Positions 33,501-46,662 are shown, counted from the whole stretch's first letter. The stretch: DNA of 46,662 nucleotides, filler included, from Sphacelaria rigidula (GCA_964200075.2; 2 parts of 2 records of this genome joined end to end with filler, not necessarily neighbours in it); one strand, 5' to 3'. Notes: generated by a model from the letters alone, not told the origin. Numbers and translations: made by a program.

Positions 33501-36500
33501 GTTGATCAGGAAGGAGGGTCAGCATTTTTGTTTCATGTCTATGTCTGAGCTGTGTTTTAGTAGGGAAAAAAGGAGGATTAGCTTCTGTATTTCATGTGTT
33601 CATCCGGAATGCGTTATAGTAGGTTGATGAGGAAGGAGAGATAGCAACTTCATTTCATGTCTATATCCGGGCTGGGTTATAGTAGGTGAAATCAAAAGTA
33701 CGGTAAGTTTCTCTATTCCATGTTTTCATCCGGACTGCGTTATAGTAGGTTGATGAGGAAGGAGGGTGAGCTTCTCTATTTCATGTCTATGTCCGGGCTG
33801 TGTTATGGTAGGTTCAAAAACAAGAAGGGTTAGCTGCTCTCTTCCATGTATAAATCCGGGCTGTGTAGGAGTGGGTCCAAGACAAAGTACGAATAGCTGC
33901 TCTATCTCGTTTCTATGTCCGGGCTGCGTTAGAGTAGGTGAAATATATAGGAGAGGTAGCTACTCCATTTCATGTCTATGTCCGGGCTGTGTTATCGTAA
34001 GGTAAATATAGATGAGGGTTAGCTTCTGTATTTCATGTCTATATCCGGGCTGTGTTATAGTAGGTTGAATAAACAGGAGGGTGAGCTTCTCTATTTCATG
34101 TCTATATCCGGGCTGTGTTATAGTAGGTTGCATAAAAAGGGAGATGAGCTTCTCTATTCCATGTGTTCATCCGGACTGCGTTATAGTAGGTTGATCAAGA
34201 AGGAGGGTGAGCATTTTTGTTTCATGTCTATGTCTGAGCTGTGTTATAGTAGGGTAAAAAGGAGGGTTAGCTTCTGTATTTCATGTGTTCATCCGGACTG
34301 CGTTATTGTAGGTTAATGAGAAAAGAGAGATAGCAACTTTATTTCATGTCTATATCCGGGCTGTGTTATAGTAGGTGAGACAAAACGTCCGGGTAGATTC
34401 TCTATTCCATGTCTATATCCGGACTGCGTCATTGTAGGTTGATCAGGAGGGACCGTGAGCTTATCTATTTCATGTCTATGTCCGGGCTGTGTTATGGTAG
34501 GTTGAAAAAATACAAGGGTTAGCTGCTCTATTCCATGTATATATCCGGGCTGTGTTAGCGTAGGTCCAAAAGAAAGTACGATTAGCTGCTTCATCTCGTG
34601 TCTATGTCCGGGCTGTGTTAGAGTAGGTGAGATAGAAAGGAGAGGTAGCTCCTCCACTTCATGTCTATGTCCGGGCTGTGTTATCGTAAGGTAAATATAG
34701 ATGAGGGTTAGCTTCTGTATTTCATGTTTTCATCCGGACTGCGTTATAGTAGGTTGATAGGGATGGAGGGTGAGCTTATTTATTTCATGTCTATATCCGG
34801 GCTGTGTTATAGTAGGTTGAATAAAAAATACGGTTAGCTTATCTATTCCATGTTTATATCCGGGCTGTTCGATAGTAAGTTGAATAAAGAGGAGGGTAAG
34901 CTTCTCTTTTTTATGTCTGTGCCCTGGCTGTGTCATGGTAGGTTGAATATAATGGAGGGTGAGCTGCTCTATTCCATGTCTATCTCCAGGCTGCGCTAGA
35001 GTAGGTCCAACAAAAAGGACGGTTAGCTGCTCTATCTCGTGTCTAAGTCCGGGCTGTGTTGAAGTAGGTGATAAAAAAAGGAGAGATGGCTACTTCATTT
35101 CATGTTTATCTCCGGGCTGTGTTACAGTAGGGTGAAAAAAAAGGAGGGTTAGCTTCTGCATTTCATGTTTTTATCCGAACTGCGTTGTAGTAGGTTGATA
35201 AGAAAGGAGGGCGAGCTTCTGTATTTTATGTCTAAATCTGGGCTGTGTTTTATTTGGGTGAAAAAAATAGAGGGTAAGCTCCTGTATTTCATGTATTCAT
35301 CCGGACTGCGATATAGTAGGTTGATAAGAAAGGAGGGTGAGCTTCTCTATTTCATGTCTATATCCGGGCTGTGTTATAGTAGGTTGAATAAAAAGTCCGG
35401 GTAGATTCTCTATTCCATGTTTTCATCCGGACTGCGTTATAGTACGTTGATCAGGAAGGAGGGTGAGCTTCTCTATTTCATGTCTATATAAAAGCTGTGT
35501 TAGAGTAGGTTATAAACAGTCGAGGGTGAGCTGCTCTATTCCATGTCAATATCCGGGCTGTGTTCTAGTAGGTTGAATAAAGAGGAGGGTGAGCTTCTCT
35601 ATCACATGTCTATGTCCGGGCGGTGTTATGGTAGGTTGAATGAGGAGGAGGTTCATCTTCTCTATTCCATAGTTATACCCGGGCTGTGTTACAGTAGGTT
35701 GATCAGGAAGGAGGGTGAGCTTCTCTATTTCATGTCTATGTCCGGGCTGTGGTATAGTAGGTTGAATAAAAGTGAGGGTGAGCTGCTCTATTCCATGTCT
35801 ATCTCCGGGCTGTGTTAGAGAATGTCCAAGAGAAAGTACGGTTAGCTGCTCTATCTCGTGTCTATGTCCGGGCTGTGTTAGAGGAGGTGAAATAGAAAGG
35901 AGAGATAGCTACTCCATTTCATGTCTATAACCGGGCTGTGTTATAGTAGGGTCAATATGAAGGAGGGTTAGCTTCTGTATTTCATGTTTTCATCCGGACT
36001 GCGTTGAAGTAGGTTGATAAGAAAGGAGGGTGAGCTTTTGTATATCATGTCTGTATCCGGGCTGTGTTATAAGAGGTTGAATAAAAAGTACGGTTAGCTT
36101 CTTTATTTCTTGTCTATATCCGGGCTGTGTTATGGTAGGTTGAAAAAAAAGAAGGGTTAGCTGCTCTATTCCATGTATATATCCGGGCTGTGTTAGCGTA
36201 GGTCCAAGAGAAAGTACGATTAGCTGGTCTATCTTGTGTCTATGTCCGGGCTGTGTTAGAGTAGGTGAAAAAGAAAGGGGAGATGGCTACTCCATTCCAT
36301 GTTTATAACAGGGCTGTGTTTCAGTAGGGTAAATATGAAGGAGGGTTAGCTTCTGTATTTCATGTTTTATCCGGACTGCGTTATAGTAGGTTGATAAGAA
36401 AGGAGGGTGAGCTTATATATTTCAAGTCTACATCCGGGCTGTGTTAAAGTAGGTTGAAATAAAAGTACGGTTAGCTTCTCTATTCTATGTTTATATCCGG

Positions 36501-39500
36501 ACTGCGTTATAGTAGGTTGATCAGGGAGGAGGGTGAGCTTCTCTATTTCATGTTGATATCCGGGCTGTGTTATGGTAGGTTGAAAAATAAAAAGGGCTAG
36601 CTGCTCTTTTCCATGTATATATCCGGGCTGTGTTAGCGTAGGTCCAAGAGAAAGTACGATTAGCTGCTCTATCTCGTGTTTATGTCCGGGCTGTGTTAGA
36701 GTAGGTGAAATAGAAAGGAGAGGTAGCTCCTCCACTTCATGTTTATGTCCGGGCTGTGTCATCGTAAAGTAAATATAGATGAGGGTTAGTTTCTGTATTT
36801 CATGTTTTCATCCGGACTGGGTTAAAGTAGGTGGATAAGGAAGGAGGGTGAGCTTATTTACTTCATGTCTATATCCGGGCTGTGTTATAGTAGGTTGAAT
36901 GAAAAGTACAGTGAGCTTATCTATTCCATCTTTATATCCGGGCTGTTTGATAGTAAGTTGAATAGAGACGAGGGTAAGCTTCTCTATTTCGTGTCTGTGT
37001 CCTGGCTGTGTTATAATAGCTTGAATAAAGAGGAGGGTGAGCTTCTCTATGTCATGTCTATGTCCGGGCGGTGTTTTAGTAGAATGAATTAAAAGAAGGT
37101 TCAGCTTCTCTATTCCATGTTTATACCCCGGCTGTATTATAGTAGGTTGATCAGGAAGGAGGGTGAGCTTCTCTATTTCATGTCTATATCCGGGCTGTGG
37201 TATAGTAGGTTGAATAAAAGGGAGGGTTAGCGTCTCTATTCCATGTATATATCCGGGCTGTGTTACCGTAGGTCCGAGAGAAAGTACGATTAGCTGCTCT
37301 ATCTCGTGTCTATGTCCGGGCTGTGTTAGAGTAGGTGAAATAGAAAGGAGAGGTAGCTACTCCATTTAATGTCTATCTCCGGGTTGTGTTATAGTAGGGT
37401 GAAAAAAAAGGAGGGTTAGCTTCTGTATTCCATGTTTTCATACGAACTGCCTTATAGTAGGTTGATAAGAAAGGAGGGTGAGCTTCTCTATTTCATGTCT
37501 ATATCCGGGCTGTGTTATAGTAGGGTGAGAAAAAGGAGGGTAAGCTTCTGTATTTCATGTTTTCTTCCGGGCTGCGATAGAGTAGGCTGATAAGAAAGGA
37601 GGGTGAGCTTCTGTATTTCATGTCTACATCCGGGCTGTGTTATAGTAGGTTGAATGAAAAGTCCGGGTAGATTCTCTATTCCATGTTTTCATCCGGACTG
37701 CGTTATAGTAGGTTAATGAGGAAGGAGGGTGAGCTTTTATATTTCATGTCTATATCCGGGCTGTGTTTTAGTACGTTGAATAAAGAGGAGGGTGAGCTTC
37801 TCTATTTCATGTCTATGTCCGGGCGGTGTTATAGTAGGTTGAATGAAGAGGAGGTTCAGCTTCTCTATTCCATGTTTATACCCGGGCGGTGTTATAGTAG
37901 GTTGATCAAGAAGGAGGGTGAGCTTCTCTATTTCATGTCTATGTCTGGGCTGTGGTATAGTAGGTTGAATAAAAGGGAGGGTGAGCTGCTCTATTTCATG
38001 TCTATTTCCGGGCTGTGTTAGAGTATGTCCAAGGGAAAGTACGGTTAGCTGCTTTATCTCGTGTCTATGTCCGGGCTGTGTTAGAATAGGTGAAATAAAA
38101 AGGAGAGATAGCTACTCCATTTCAGGTCTACAATCGGGCTGTGTTATAGTAGGGTAAATATGAAGGAGGGTTAGCTCGTGTATTTCATGTTTTCATCCGG
38201 GCTGTGTGATCAGAGGTGAAATAAAAAGTACGGTTAGCTTCATTATTTCATGTCTATATCCGGGCTGTGTTATAGTAGGTTGAATCAAAAGGAAGGTTAG
38301 CTTTTCTGTTCCATGTTTTCATCGGGACTGCTTTATAGTAGATTGATCAGGAAGGAGGGTGAGCTTCTCTATTTCATGTCTATATCCGGGCTGTGTTGTG
38401 GTAGGATGAAAAAAAAAAGGGTGAGCTGCTCAAATCCATGTCCATCTCCGGGCTGTGTTAAAGTAGGTCCAAGAGAAAGTACGGTTAGCTGCTCTATCTC
38501 GTGTCTATGTCCGGGGCTGTGTTAGAGTAGGTGAAATAGAAAGGAGAGATAGCTACTCCATTTCAAGTCTATAACCGGGCTGTGTTATAGTAGGGTAAAT
38601 ATGAAGGAGGGTTAGCTTTTGTATCTCATGTTTTCATCAGGACTGCGTTATAGTAGGTTGATAAGAAAGGAGGGTGAGCTTATTTATTTCATGCCTATAT
38701 CCGGGATGTGTTATAGTAGATGAAAAGAAAGGGAGGGTTATCTTCTCTATTTCATGTCTATATCCGGGCTGTGTTATAGTAGGTTGAATAAAAAGTACGG
38801 TTAGCTTCTCTATTCCATGTTTTCATCCGGGCTGCTTTATAGTAGGTTGATCAGGAAGGAGGGTTAGCATTTTTGTTTCTTGTCTATATCCGGGCTGTGT
38901 TATGGCAGGTTGAAAAAAAAAAGGGTTAGCTGCTCTATTCCATGTATATTTCCGGGCTGTGTCAGCGTAGGTCCAAGAGAAAATACGATTAGCTGCTCTA
39001 TCTCGTGTCTATGTCCGGGCTGTGTTAGAGTAGGTGAAATAGAATTTAGAGGTAGCTACTCCATTTCATGTCTATGTCCGGGCGGTGTTATTGTAAGTTG
39101 AATATAGATGAGGGTTAGCTTCTGTATTTCATGTTTTCATCCGGACTGCGTTATAATAGGTTGATAAGGGAGGAGGGTGAGCTTATTTATTTCATGCCTA
39201 TATCCGGGATGTGTTATAGTAGGTTGAATGAAAAGTACGGTTAGCTTATCTATTCCATGTTTATATCCGGGCTGTTTGATAGTAAGTTGGATAGAGACGA
39301 GGGAAAGCTTCTCTATTTCATGTCTGTGTTCTGGCTGTGTTATAGTAGGTTGAATATCATGGAGGGTAAGCTTCTCTATTCCATGTCTATCTCCAGGTTG
39401 CGCTACAGTAGGTCCAAGAAAAAAGACGGTTAGCTGCTCTATCTCGTGTCTATGTCCGGGCTGTGTTAGAGTAGGTGATATAAAAAGGGGGGATGGCTAC

Positions 39501-42500
39501 TTCATTTCATTTCCATCTCCAGGCTGGGTTATAGTAGGGTGAATGAAGAGGAGGGTTAGCTTCTGTATTTCATGTTTTCATCCGGACTACGGTAATGGTA
39601 GGTTGATGAGAAAGGAGGGTGAGCTTCTCTTTTTCATGTCTATATCCGGGCTGTGTTATAGTAGGTTGAATACAAAGGAGGGTTAGGTTCTTTATTCCAT
39701 GTGTTCTTCCGGACTGCGTTTAAGTAGGTTGATCAGGAAGGAGGGTGAGCATTTTTGTTTCATGTCTATGTCTGAGCTCTGTATCAGTAGGGTAAAAGGA
39801 GGGTTAGCTCCTGTATTTTATGTTTTCATCCGGACTGCGATATAGTAGGTTGATAACAAAGGAGGGTGAGCTTCTATATTCCATGTCTATATCCGGGCTG
39901 TGTTATAGTAGGTTGAATAAAGAGGAGGGTAAGCTTCTCTATTTCATGTCTATGTCCGGGCGGTGTTATAGTAGGTTGAATGAAAAGGGAGTTCGGCTTC
40001 TCTATTCCATGTATATACCCGGGCTGTGTTATAGTAGGTTCAATGCAGAGGAGGGTGAAGTTCTCTATTCCATGTCTATGTCCGGGCTGTGGTATAGTAG
40101 GTTGAATCAAAGGGAGGGTGAGCTGCTCTATTCCATGTCTATCTCCGGGCTGTGTTAGAGTATGTCCAAGAGAAAGTACGGTTAACTGCTCTATCTTGTG
40201 TCTATGTTCGGGCTGTGTTAGAGTAGGTGACATAAAAAGAAGAGATAGCTACTCCATTTCATGTCTATCTCCGGGCTGTGTTATAGTAGGTGAAATAGAA
40301 AGTACGGTTAGCTTCTTTATTGCATGTCTATATCCGGGCTGTTTGATAGTAGGTTCAATAAAGAGGAGGGTAAGCTTCTCTATTTCATGTCTGTGTTCTG
40401 GCTGTGTCATAGTAGGTGGAATATAATGGAGGGTGAGCTGCTCTGTTCCAAGTCTATCTCCGGGCTGTGTTAGAGTATGTCCAAGAGAAAGTACGGTTAA
40501 CTGCTCTATCTTGTGTATATGTTCGGGCTGTGTTAGAGTAGGTGAAATAAAAAGAAGAGATAGCTACTCCATTTCATGTCTATAACCGGGCTGTGTTATA
40601 GTAGGGTAAATATGAAGGAGGGTTGGCTTCTGTATGTTATGTTTTCTTCCGGACTGCGTTATAGTAGGTTAATAAGGAAGGAGAGATAGCAACTTCATTT
40701 CATGTCTATATCCGGGCTGTGTTATACTAGGTGAAATAGGAAGTACGGGTAGCTTCTTTATTGCATGTTCATATCCGGGCTGTGTTATGAAAGGTTGATC
40801 AGGAAGGAGAGTGAGCTTCTCTATTTCATGTCTATATCCGGGCTGTGTTATGGTAGGTTGAAAAAAAAAAAGGGTTAGCTGCTCTATTCCATGTATATAT
40901 CCGGGCTGGGTTGTAGTAGGTGAAATAGAAAGGAGAGGTAGCTACTTTATTTCATGTCTATGTCCGGGCTGTGTGATCGTAAGGTAAATATAGATGAGGG
41001 TTTGCTTCTGTGTTTCATGTTTTCATCCAGACTGCGGTAAAGTAGGTTGATAAGGAAGGAGGGTGAGCTTCTCTATTTCATGTCTATATCCGGGCTGTGC
41101 TATAGTAGGTTGAGTAAAAAGGAGGGTTAGCTTCTCTATTCCATGTTTATCTCAGGGCTATTTGATAGTGAGTTGAGAACAGACGAGGGTAAGCTTACCT
41201 ATTTCATGTCTGTGTCCTGGCTGTGTTATGGTAGGTTGAATATAATGGAGGGTGAGCTGCTCTGTTCCATGTCTACCTCCGGGCTGCGCTAGAGTAGGTC
41301 CAAGAAAAGAGACGGTTAGCTGCTTTTTCTCGTGTCTATGTCCGGGCTGTGTTAGAGTAGGTGATATAAAAAGGAGAGATGGCTACTTCATTTCATGTCT
41401 ATCTCCGGGCTGTGTTATAGTAGGGGAAATAAAACGCAGGGTTACTTCTGTATTTCATGTTTTCATCCGGACTGCGTTGTAGTAGGCTGATCAGGAAGGA
41501 GGGTGACCTTCTCTATTTCATGTCTATATCCGGGCTGTGTTAGAGTAGGTTGAATAAAAAGGAGGGTTAACTTCTCTATTCCATGTTTATATCCGGGCTG
41601 TGTTAGAGTAGGTCCAAGAGAAAGTACGATGAGCTGCTCTATCTCGTGTCTATGTCCGGGCTGTGTTAGAGTAGGTGAAATAGAACGGAGAGATAGCTAC
41701 TCGATTCCATGTCTATGTCCGGGCTGTGTTATCGTAAGGTAAATACAGATGAGCGTTAGCTTCTGTATTTCATGTTTTCAATCGGACTGCGTTATAGTAG
41801 GTTGATAAGGAAGGAGGGTGAGCTTCTCTATTTCATGTCTATATCCGGTCTGTGTTATAGTAGGTGAAATAAAAAGTACGGTTAGCTTCTCCATTTCATG
41901 TCTATATCCGGACTGCGTTATAGTTGGTTGATCAGGAAGGAGGGTGAGCTTCTCGATTTCATCTCTATGTCCGGGCTATGTTATGGTAGGTTGAAAAAAA
42001 CGAAGGGTTAGCTGCTCTATTCCATGTACATATTCGGGCTGTGTTAGCGTAGGTCCAAGAGAAAGTACGATTAGCTGGTCTATCTCGTGTCTATGTCCGG
42101 GCTGTGTTAGAGTAGGTGAAATGAAGAGGAGAGGTAGCTAATCTATGTCATGTCTATGTCCGGGCTGTGTTATCGTAAGGTAAATATGAAGGAGGGTTAG
42201 CTTCTGTATTTCATGTTTTCATCCGGACTGCGTTAAAGTAGGTTGATAAGGAAGGAGGGCCAGCTTATTTATTTCATGTCTATATCCGGGCTTTGTTATA
42301 GTAGGTTGAATGAAAAGGGTTAGCGTCTCTATTCCATGTTTATATCCGGGCTGTTTGATAGTGAGTTGAATAAAGAGGAGGGTAAGCTTCTCTATTTCAT
42401 GTCTGCGTTCTGGCTGTGTTATAGTAGGATGAATAAAATGGAGGGTGAGCTGCTCTATTTCATGTCTGTCTCCGGGCTGTGCTAGAGTAGGTCCAAGAAA

Positions 42501-45500
42501 AAGTACGGTTAGCTGCTCTATCTCGTGTCTATGTCCGGGCTGTGTTAGAGTAGGTGAAATAGAAAGGAGAGATAGCTACTCCATTTCATGTCTATCTCCG
42601 GGCTGTGTTATAGTAGGGAAAATAAGAAGGAGGGTTAGCTTCTGTATTTCATATTTTCATCCGGACTGCGTTATAGGAGGTTGATCAGGAAGGAGGGTGA
42701 GCTCTATTGTTTCATGTCTATGTCTGAGCTGTGTTTTAGTAGGGTAAAAAGGAGCGTTAGCTTCTGTATTTCATGTATTCATCCGGACTGCGTTATAGTA
42801 GGTTAATGAAGAAGGGTGAGCTTCTCTATTTCATGTTTATGTCCGGGCTGTTTGATAGTAGGTTATATGAAAAGTCCGGTTAGATTCTCTATTCTACTTT
42901 TTCATCCGGACTGCGTTATAGTAGGTTGATCAGGAAGGAGGGCGAGCTTTTTTTTTCATGTTTATATCCGGGCTGTATTAGAGTAGGTTGAAAAAAATGG
43001 AGGGTGAGCTGCTCTATTCCATGATTATATCCGGGCGGTGTTATGGTAGGTTGAAAAAAAAGGAGGTTGAGCTTCTTCATTTCATGTCTATGTCCGGGCT
43101 GTGCTATAGTAGGTTGAATGAAAAGGGGGTTCAGCTTCTCTATTCCATGTTTATATCCGGGCTGTGTTATAGTAGGTTCAATGCAGAGGAGGGTGAGCTT
43201 CTCTATTTCATGTCTATGTCCTGGCTGTGTTATCGTAGGTTGAATGAAAGGGAGGGTGAGCTGCTCTTTTCCATGTCTACTCCGGGCTGTGTTAGAGTAG
43301 GTCCAAAAAAAAGTACGGTTGGCTGCTCTATCTCGTGTCTATGTCCGGGCTGTGTTAGAGTAGGTGAAATACAAAGGAGAGATAGCTACTTCATTTCATG
43401 TCTATAACCGGGCTGTGTTATGGTAGGGTTAATATAAAGGAGGGTTAGCTTCTGTATTTCATATTTTCATCCGGACTGCGTTGAAGCAGGTTGATAAGAA
43501 AGGGGGGTGCGCTTCTCTATTTCATGTCTATGTCTGGGCTGTGATATAGTAGGTTGAAAAAAAAGGAGGGTTTGCTTCTCTATTTCATGTTCATATCCGG
43601 ACTGCGTTATAGTAGGTTGATCAGGAAGGAGGGTAAGCATTTTTGTTCCATGTCTATGTCTGAGCTGTGTCTTAGTAGGGTAAAAGGGAGGGTTAGCTTT
43701 TGTATTTCATGTGTTCATCCGGACTGCGTTATAGTAGGTTGATAAGGAAGGAGGGTCAGCTTCTCTATTTCATGTCTATATCCGGGCTGTGTTATAGTAG
43801 GTTGAATAAAAGGTGGGGTTAGCTTCTCTATTCCATGTTTTCATCCGAACTTCGTTATTGTAGGTTGATCAGGAAAGAGGGTGAGCATTTTTGTTTCATG
43901 TCTATGTCTGAGCTGTGTCTTAGTAGGGTAAAAAGGAGGGTTAGCTTCTGTATTTCATGGGTTCATCCGGACTGCGTTATAGTAGGTTGATAAGGAAAGA
44001 GGGTGAGCTTCTCTATTCCATGTCTATATCCGGGCTGTGCTATCGTAAGGTTAGTATAGATGAGGGTTAGCTTCTGTATTCCATGTTTTCATCCGGACTG
44101 CGTTGAAGTAGGTTGATAAGAAAGGAGGGTGAGCTTCTCTGTTTCATGTCTATATCCGGGGTATGTTATAGTAGGTTCAAAAAAAAGTACGGTTAGCTCC
44201 TCTATTCCATGTTTTCATCCGGACTGCGTTATAGTGATTGATCAGGAAGGAGGGTGAGCATTCTTGTTTCATGTCTATGTTTGGGCTGTGTTATAGTAGG
44301 TTGAATCAAAAGTCCGGGTAGATTCTCTATTCCATGTTTATATCCGGATTGCGTTACAGTAGGTTGATCAGGAAGAAGGGTGAGCTTCTATATTTCATGT
44401 TTTTATCCGGGCTGTGTTAAAGTAGGTTAAAAAAAAAGGAGGGTGTGCTGCTCTATTCCATGTTCACATCCGGGCTGTGTTATAGAAGGTTGAATAAAGA
44501 GGAGGGTGAGCTTCTATATTTCATGTCTATGTTCGGGCTTTGTTATAGTAGGATGAATGACAAAGGGGTTCAGCTTCTCTATTCCATGTTTATATCCGGG
44601 CTGTGTTATAGTAGTTTGAATAAAAGGGACGGTGAGCTGCTCTTTTCAATGTTTATATCCGGGCTGTATTAGAGTAGGTCCAAGAGAAAGTACGGTTAGC
44701 TGCTCTTTCTCGTGTCTATGTCCGGGCTGTGTTAAAGTAGATGAAATAGAAAGGAGAGATGGCTACTTCATTTCATGTCTAAAAGCGGGCTGTGTTATGG
44801 TAGAGTAAATATAAAGGAGGGTAAGCAACTGTATTTCATGTTTTCATCCGGACTGCGTTATAGTAGGTTGATAAGAAAGGAGGGTGAGCTTCTCTATTTC
44901 ATGTCTATATCCGGGCTATGTTATAGTAGGTAACAAAAAAAGGACGGTTAGCTTCTCTATTCCATGTTTATATCCGGACTGCGTTATAGTAGGTTGATCA
45001 CGAAGGAGGGTGAGCTTCTCTATTTCATGTCTATATCCGGGCTATGTTATAGTAGGTTAAAAAAAAAAGTACGGTTAGCTCCTCTATTCCATGTTTATAT
45101 CCGGACTGCGTTATAGTAGATTGATACGGAAGGGGGGTGAGCTTCTCCATTTCATGTCTATATCCGGGCTGTGTTATAGTAGGTTGAATGAAAAGTAGGG
45201 TTAGCTTCTCTATTCCATGTTTTCATCCGGACTGCGTTAGTGTAGGTTGATCACGAAGGAGGGTGAGCTTATTCATTTCAGGTCTATATCCTGGCTATGT
45301 TATAGTAGGTTGAATAAAAAGGAGGGTTAACTTCTCTATTCCATGTTTTCATCCGGATTGCGTTATAGTAGGTTGATCAGGAAGGAGGGTGAGCATTCTT
45401 GTTTCATGCCTATGTCTGGGCTGTGTTATAGTAGGTTGAATCAAAAGTCCGGGTAGATTCTCTATACCATGTTTTCATCCGGATTGCGTTACAGTAGGTT

Positions 45501-46662
45501 GATCAGGAAGGAGGGTGAGCTTTTCTATTTCATGTTTATATCCGGGCTGTGTTAGAGTAGGTTGAAAAAAATGGAGGGTGTGCTGCTCTATTCCATGTTC
45601 ATATCCGGGCTGTGTTATAGAAGGTTGAATAAAGAGGAGGGTGAGCTTCTATATTTCATGTCTATGTCCGGGCTTTGTTATAGTAGGTTGAATAAAAAGG
45701 GGTTCAGCTTCTCTATTTCATGTGTATATCCGGGCTGTGTTATAGTAGGTTCAATGCAGAGGAGGGTGAGCTTCTCTATTTCATGTCTATGTCCGAGCTG
45801 TGTTATAGTAGTTTGAATAAAAGGGAGGGTGAGCTGCTCTTTTCAATGTCTATCTCCGGGCTGTGTTAGAGTAGGTCCAAGAGAAAGTACGGTTAGCTGC
45901 TCTATCTCGTGTCTATGTCCGGGCTGTGTTAAAGTAGATGAAATAGAAAGGAGAGATGGCTACTTCATTTCATGTCTAAAACCGGGCTGTGTTATGGTAG
46001 AGTAAATATAAAGGAGGGTTAGCAACTGTATTTCATGTTTTCATCCGGACTGCGTTGAAGTAGGTTGATGAGAAAGGAGGGTGAGCTTCTCTATTTCATG
46101 TCTATATCCGGGCTATGTTATAGTAGGTAAAAAAAAGGTACGGTTAGCTTCTCTATTTCCATGTTTTAATCCGGACTGCGTTATTGTAGGTTGATCACGA
46201 AGGAGGGTGAGGTCATTTATTTCATGTCTATATCCTGGCTATGTTATAGTAGGTTGAATATAATGGAGGGTTAGCTTCTCTATTCCATGTTTATATCCGG
46301 ACTGCGTTATAGTAGATTGATACGGAAGGAGGGTGAGCTTCTCTATTTCATGTCTATATCCGGGCTGTCTTAGAGTAGGTAAAATAAAAAGTACCGTTAG
46401 CTTCTCTATTCCATGTTTATATCCGGACTGCGTTATAGTAGGTTGATCAGGAAGGAGGGTGGGCTTTTTTTTTTCATGTCCATATCCGGGCTGTGTTATA
46501 GTAGGTTGAAAAAAATGAAGGTTTAGCGGCTTTATTCGATGTTTACATCCGGGCTGTGTTATAGTAGGTTGAATAAAGAGGAGGGTGAGTTTCTCTATTT
46601 CATGTCTATGTCCTGGCTGTGTTATGGTAGGTTGAATAAAAGGGAGGGTGAGCTGCTCTATT
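24511..46662 (+). repeat. 63-bp tandem satellite array (>22 kb, ~350 monomers) with higher-order structure; extends beyond window
   Basis: Representative monomer TAGTAGGTTGATAAGGAAGGAGGGTGAGCTTCTCTATTTCATGTCTATATCCGGGCTGTGTTA (63 bp), head-to-tail in one orientation, with several recurring subtypes and one ~59-bp subtype. Confidence 0.97.
28201..28421. other. Assembly gap (221 N) inside the satellite
   Basis: N run flanked by satellite monomers on both sides. Confidence 0.97.

Noticed and set aside
24840-45816. 21-aa repeat ORFs in the satellite (EGELLYFMSISGLCYSRLNKK; SCLCPGCVRVG; IEKLTLLPYQPTITQPG) as a repeat protein
   Set aside because: They follow from 63 being divisible by 3. All frames contain recurrent stops of mixed types (TAG, TGA, TAA) and ~59-bp monomers shift the frame, so neither coding nor stop reassignment is supported.
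24511-46662. Satellite as a CRISPR array
   Set aside because: There are no unique spacers; the whole 63-bp unit is homologous and the variable parts recur as subtypes. The context is eukaryotic with no cas genes.
24511-46662. Hammerhead ribozyme array (as in Penelope pLTRs)
   Set aside because: The minus strand has CTGATCA and CGGATGAAA but not a CTGANGA...GAAA core with the required stems.

Overview
Eukaryotic, intron-rich DNA; long repeat-filled introns and the gene content suggest a stramenopile, probably a brown alga (inference). The left half (1-23284) holds two divergently oriented genes. The first four coding exons of the ciliary gene CFAP65 lie on the minus strand (2745->114 and continuing off-window). 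Six exons of an organellar-type translation initiation factor IF2-like GTPase lie on the plus strand (10559->23167, 3' part missing), with unusual P-loop (GHFNHGKT) and switch II (DTPGQ) substitutions. Each gene needs one GC-AG intron. The intergenic and intronic DNA carries a non-autonomous hAT element with a nested fold-back, a tRNA-derived SINE and a decayed Copia-like remnant. An artificial 100-bp scaffolding linker sits at 23285-23384. To its right is a 1.1-kb minus-strand fragment of a two-ORF element whose ORFs are joined by a complete -1 ribosomal frameshift signal (G_GAU_UUU, 8-nt spacer, three-stem H-type pseudoknot). Its 5'-truncated end abuts a >22-kb G/T-skewed 63-bp satellite (~350 monomers) with telomere-like AGGGTTAG motifs and a multi-level higher-order structure running to the window end.
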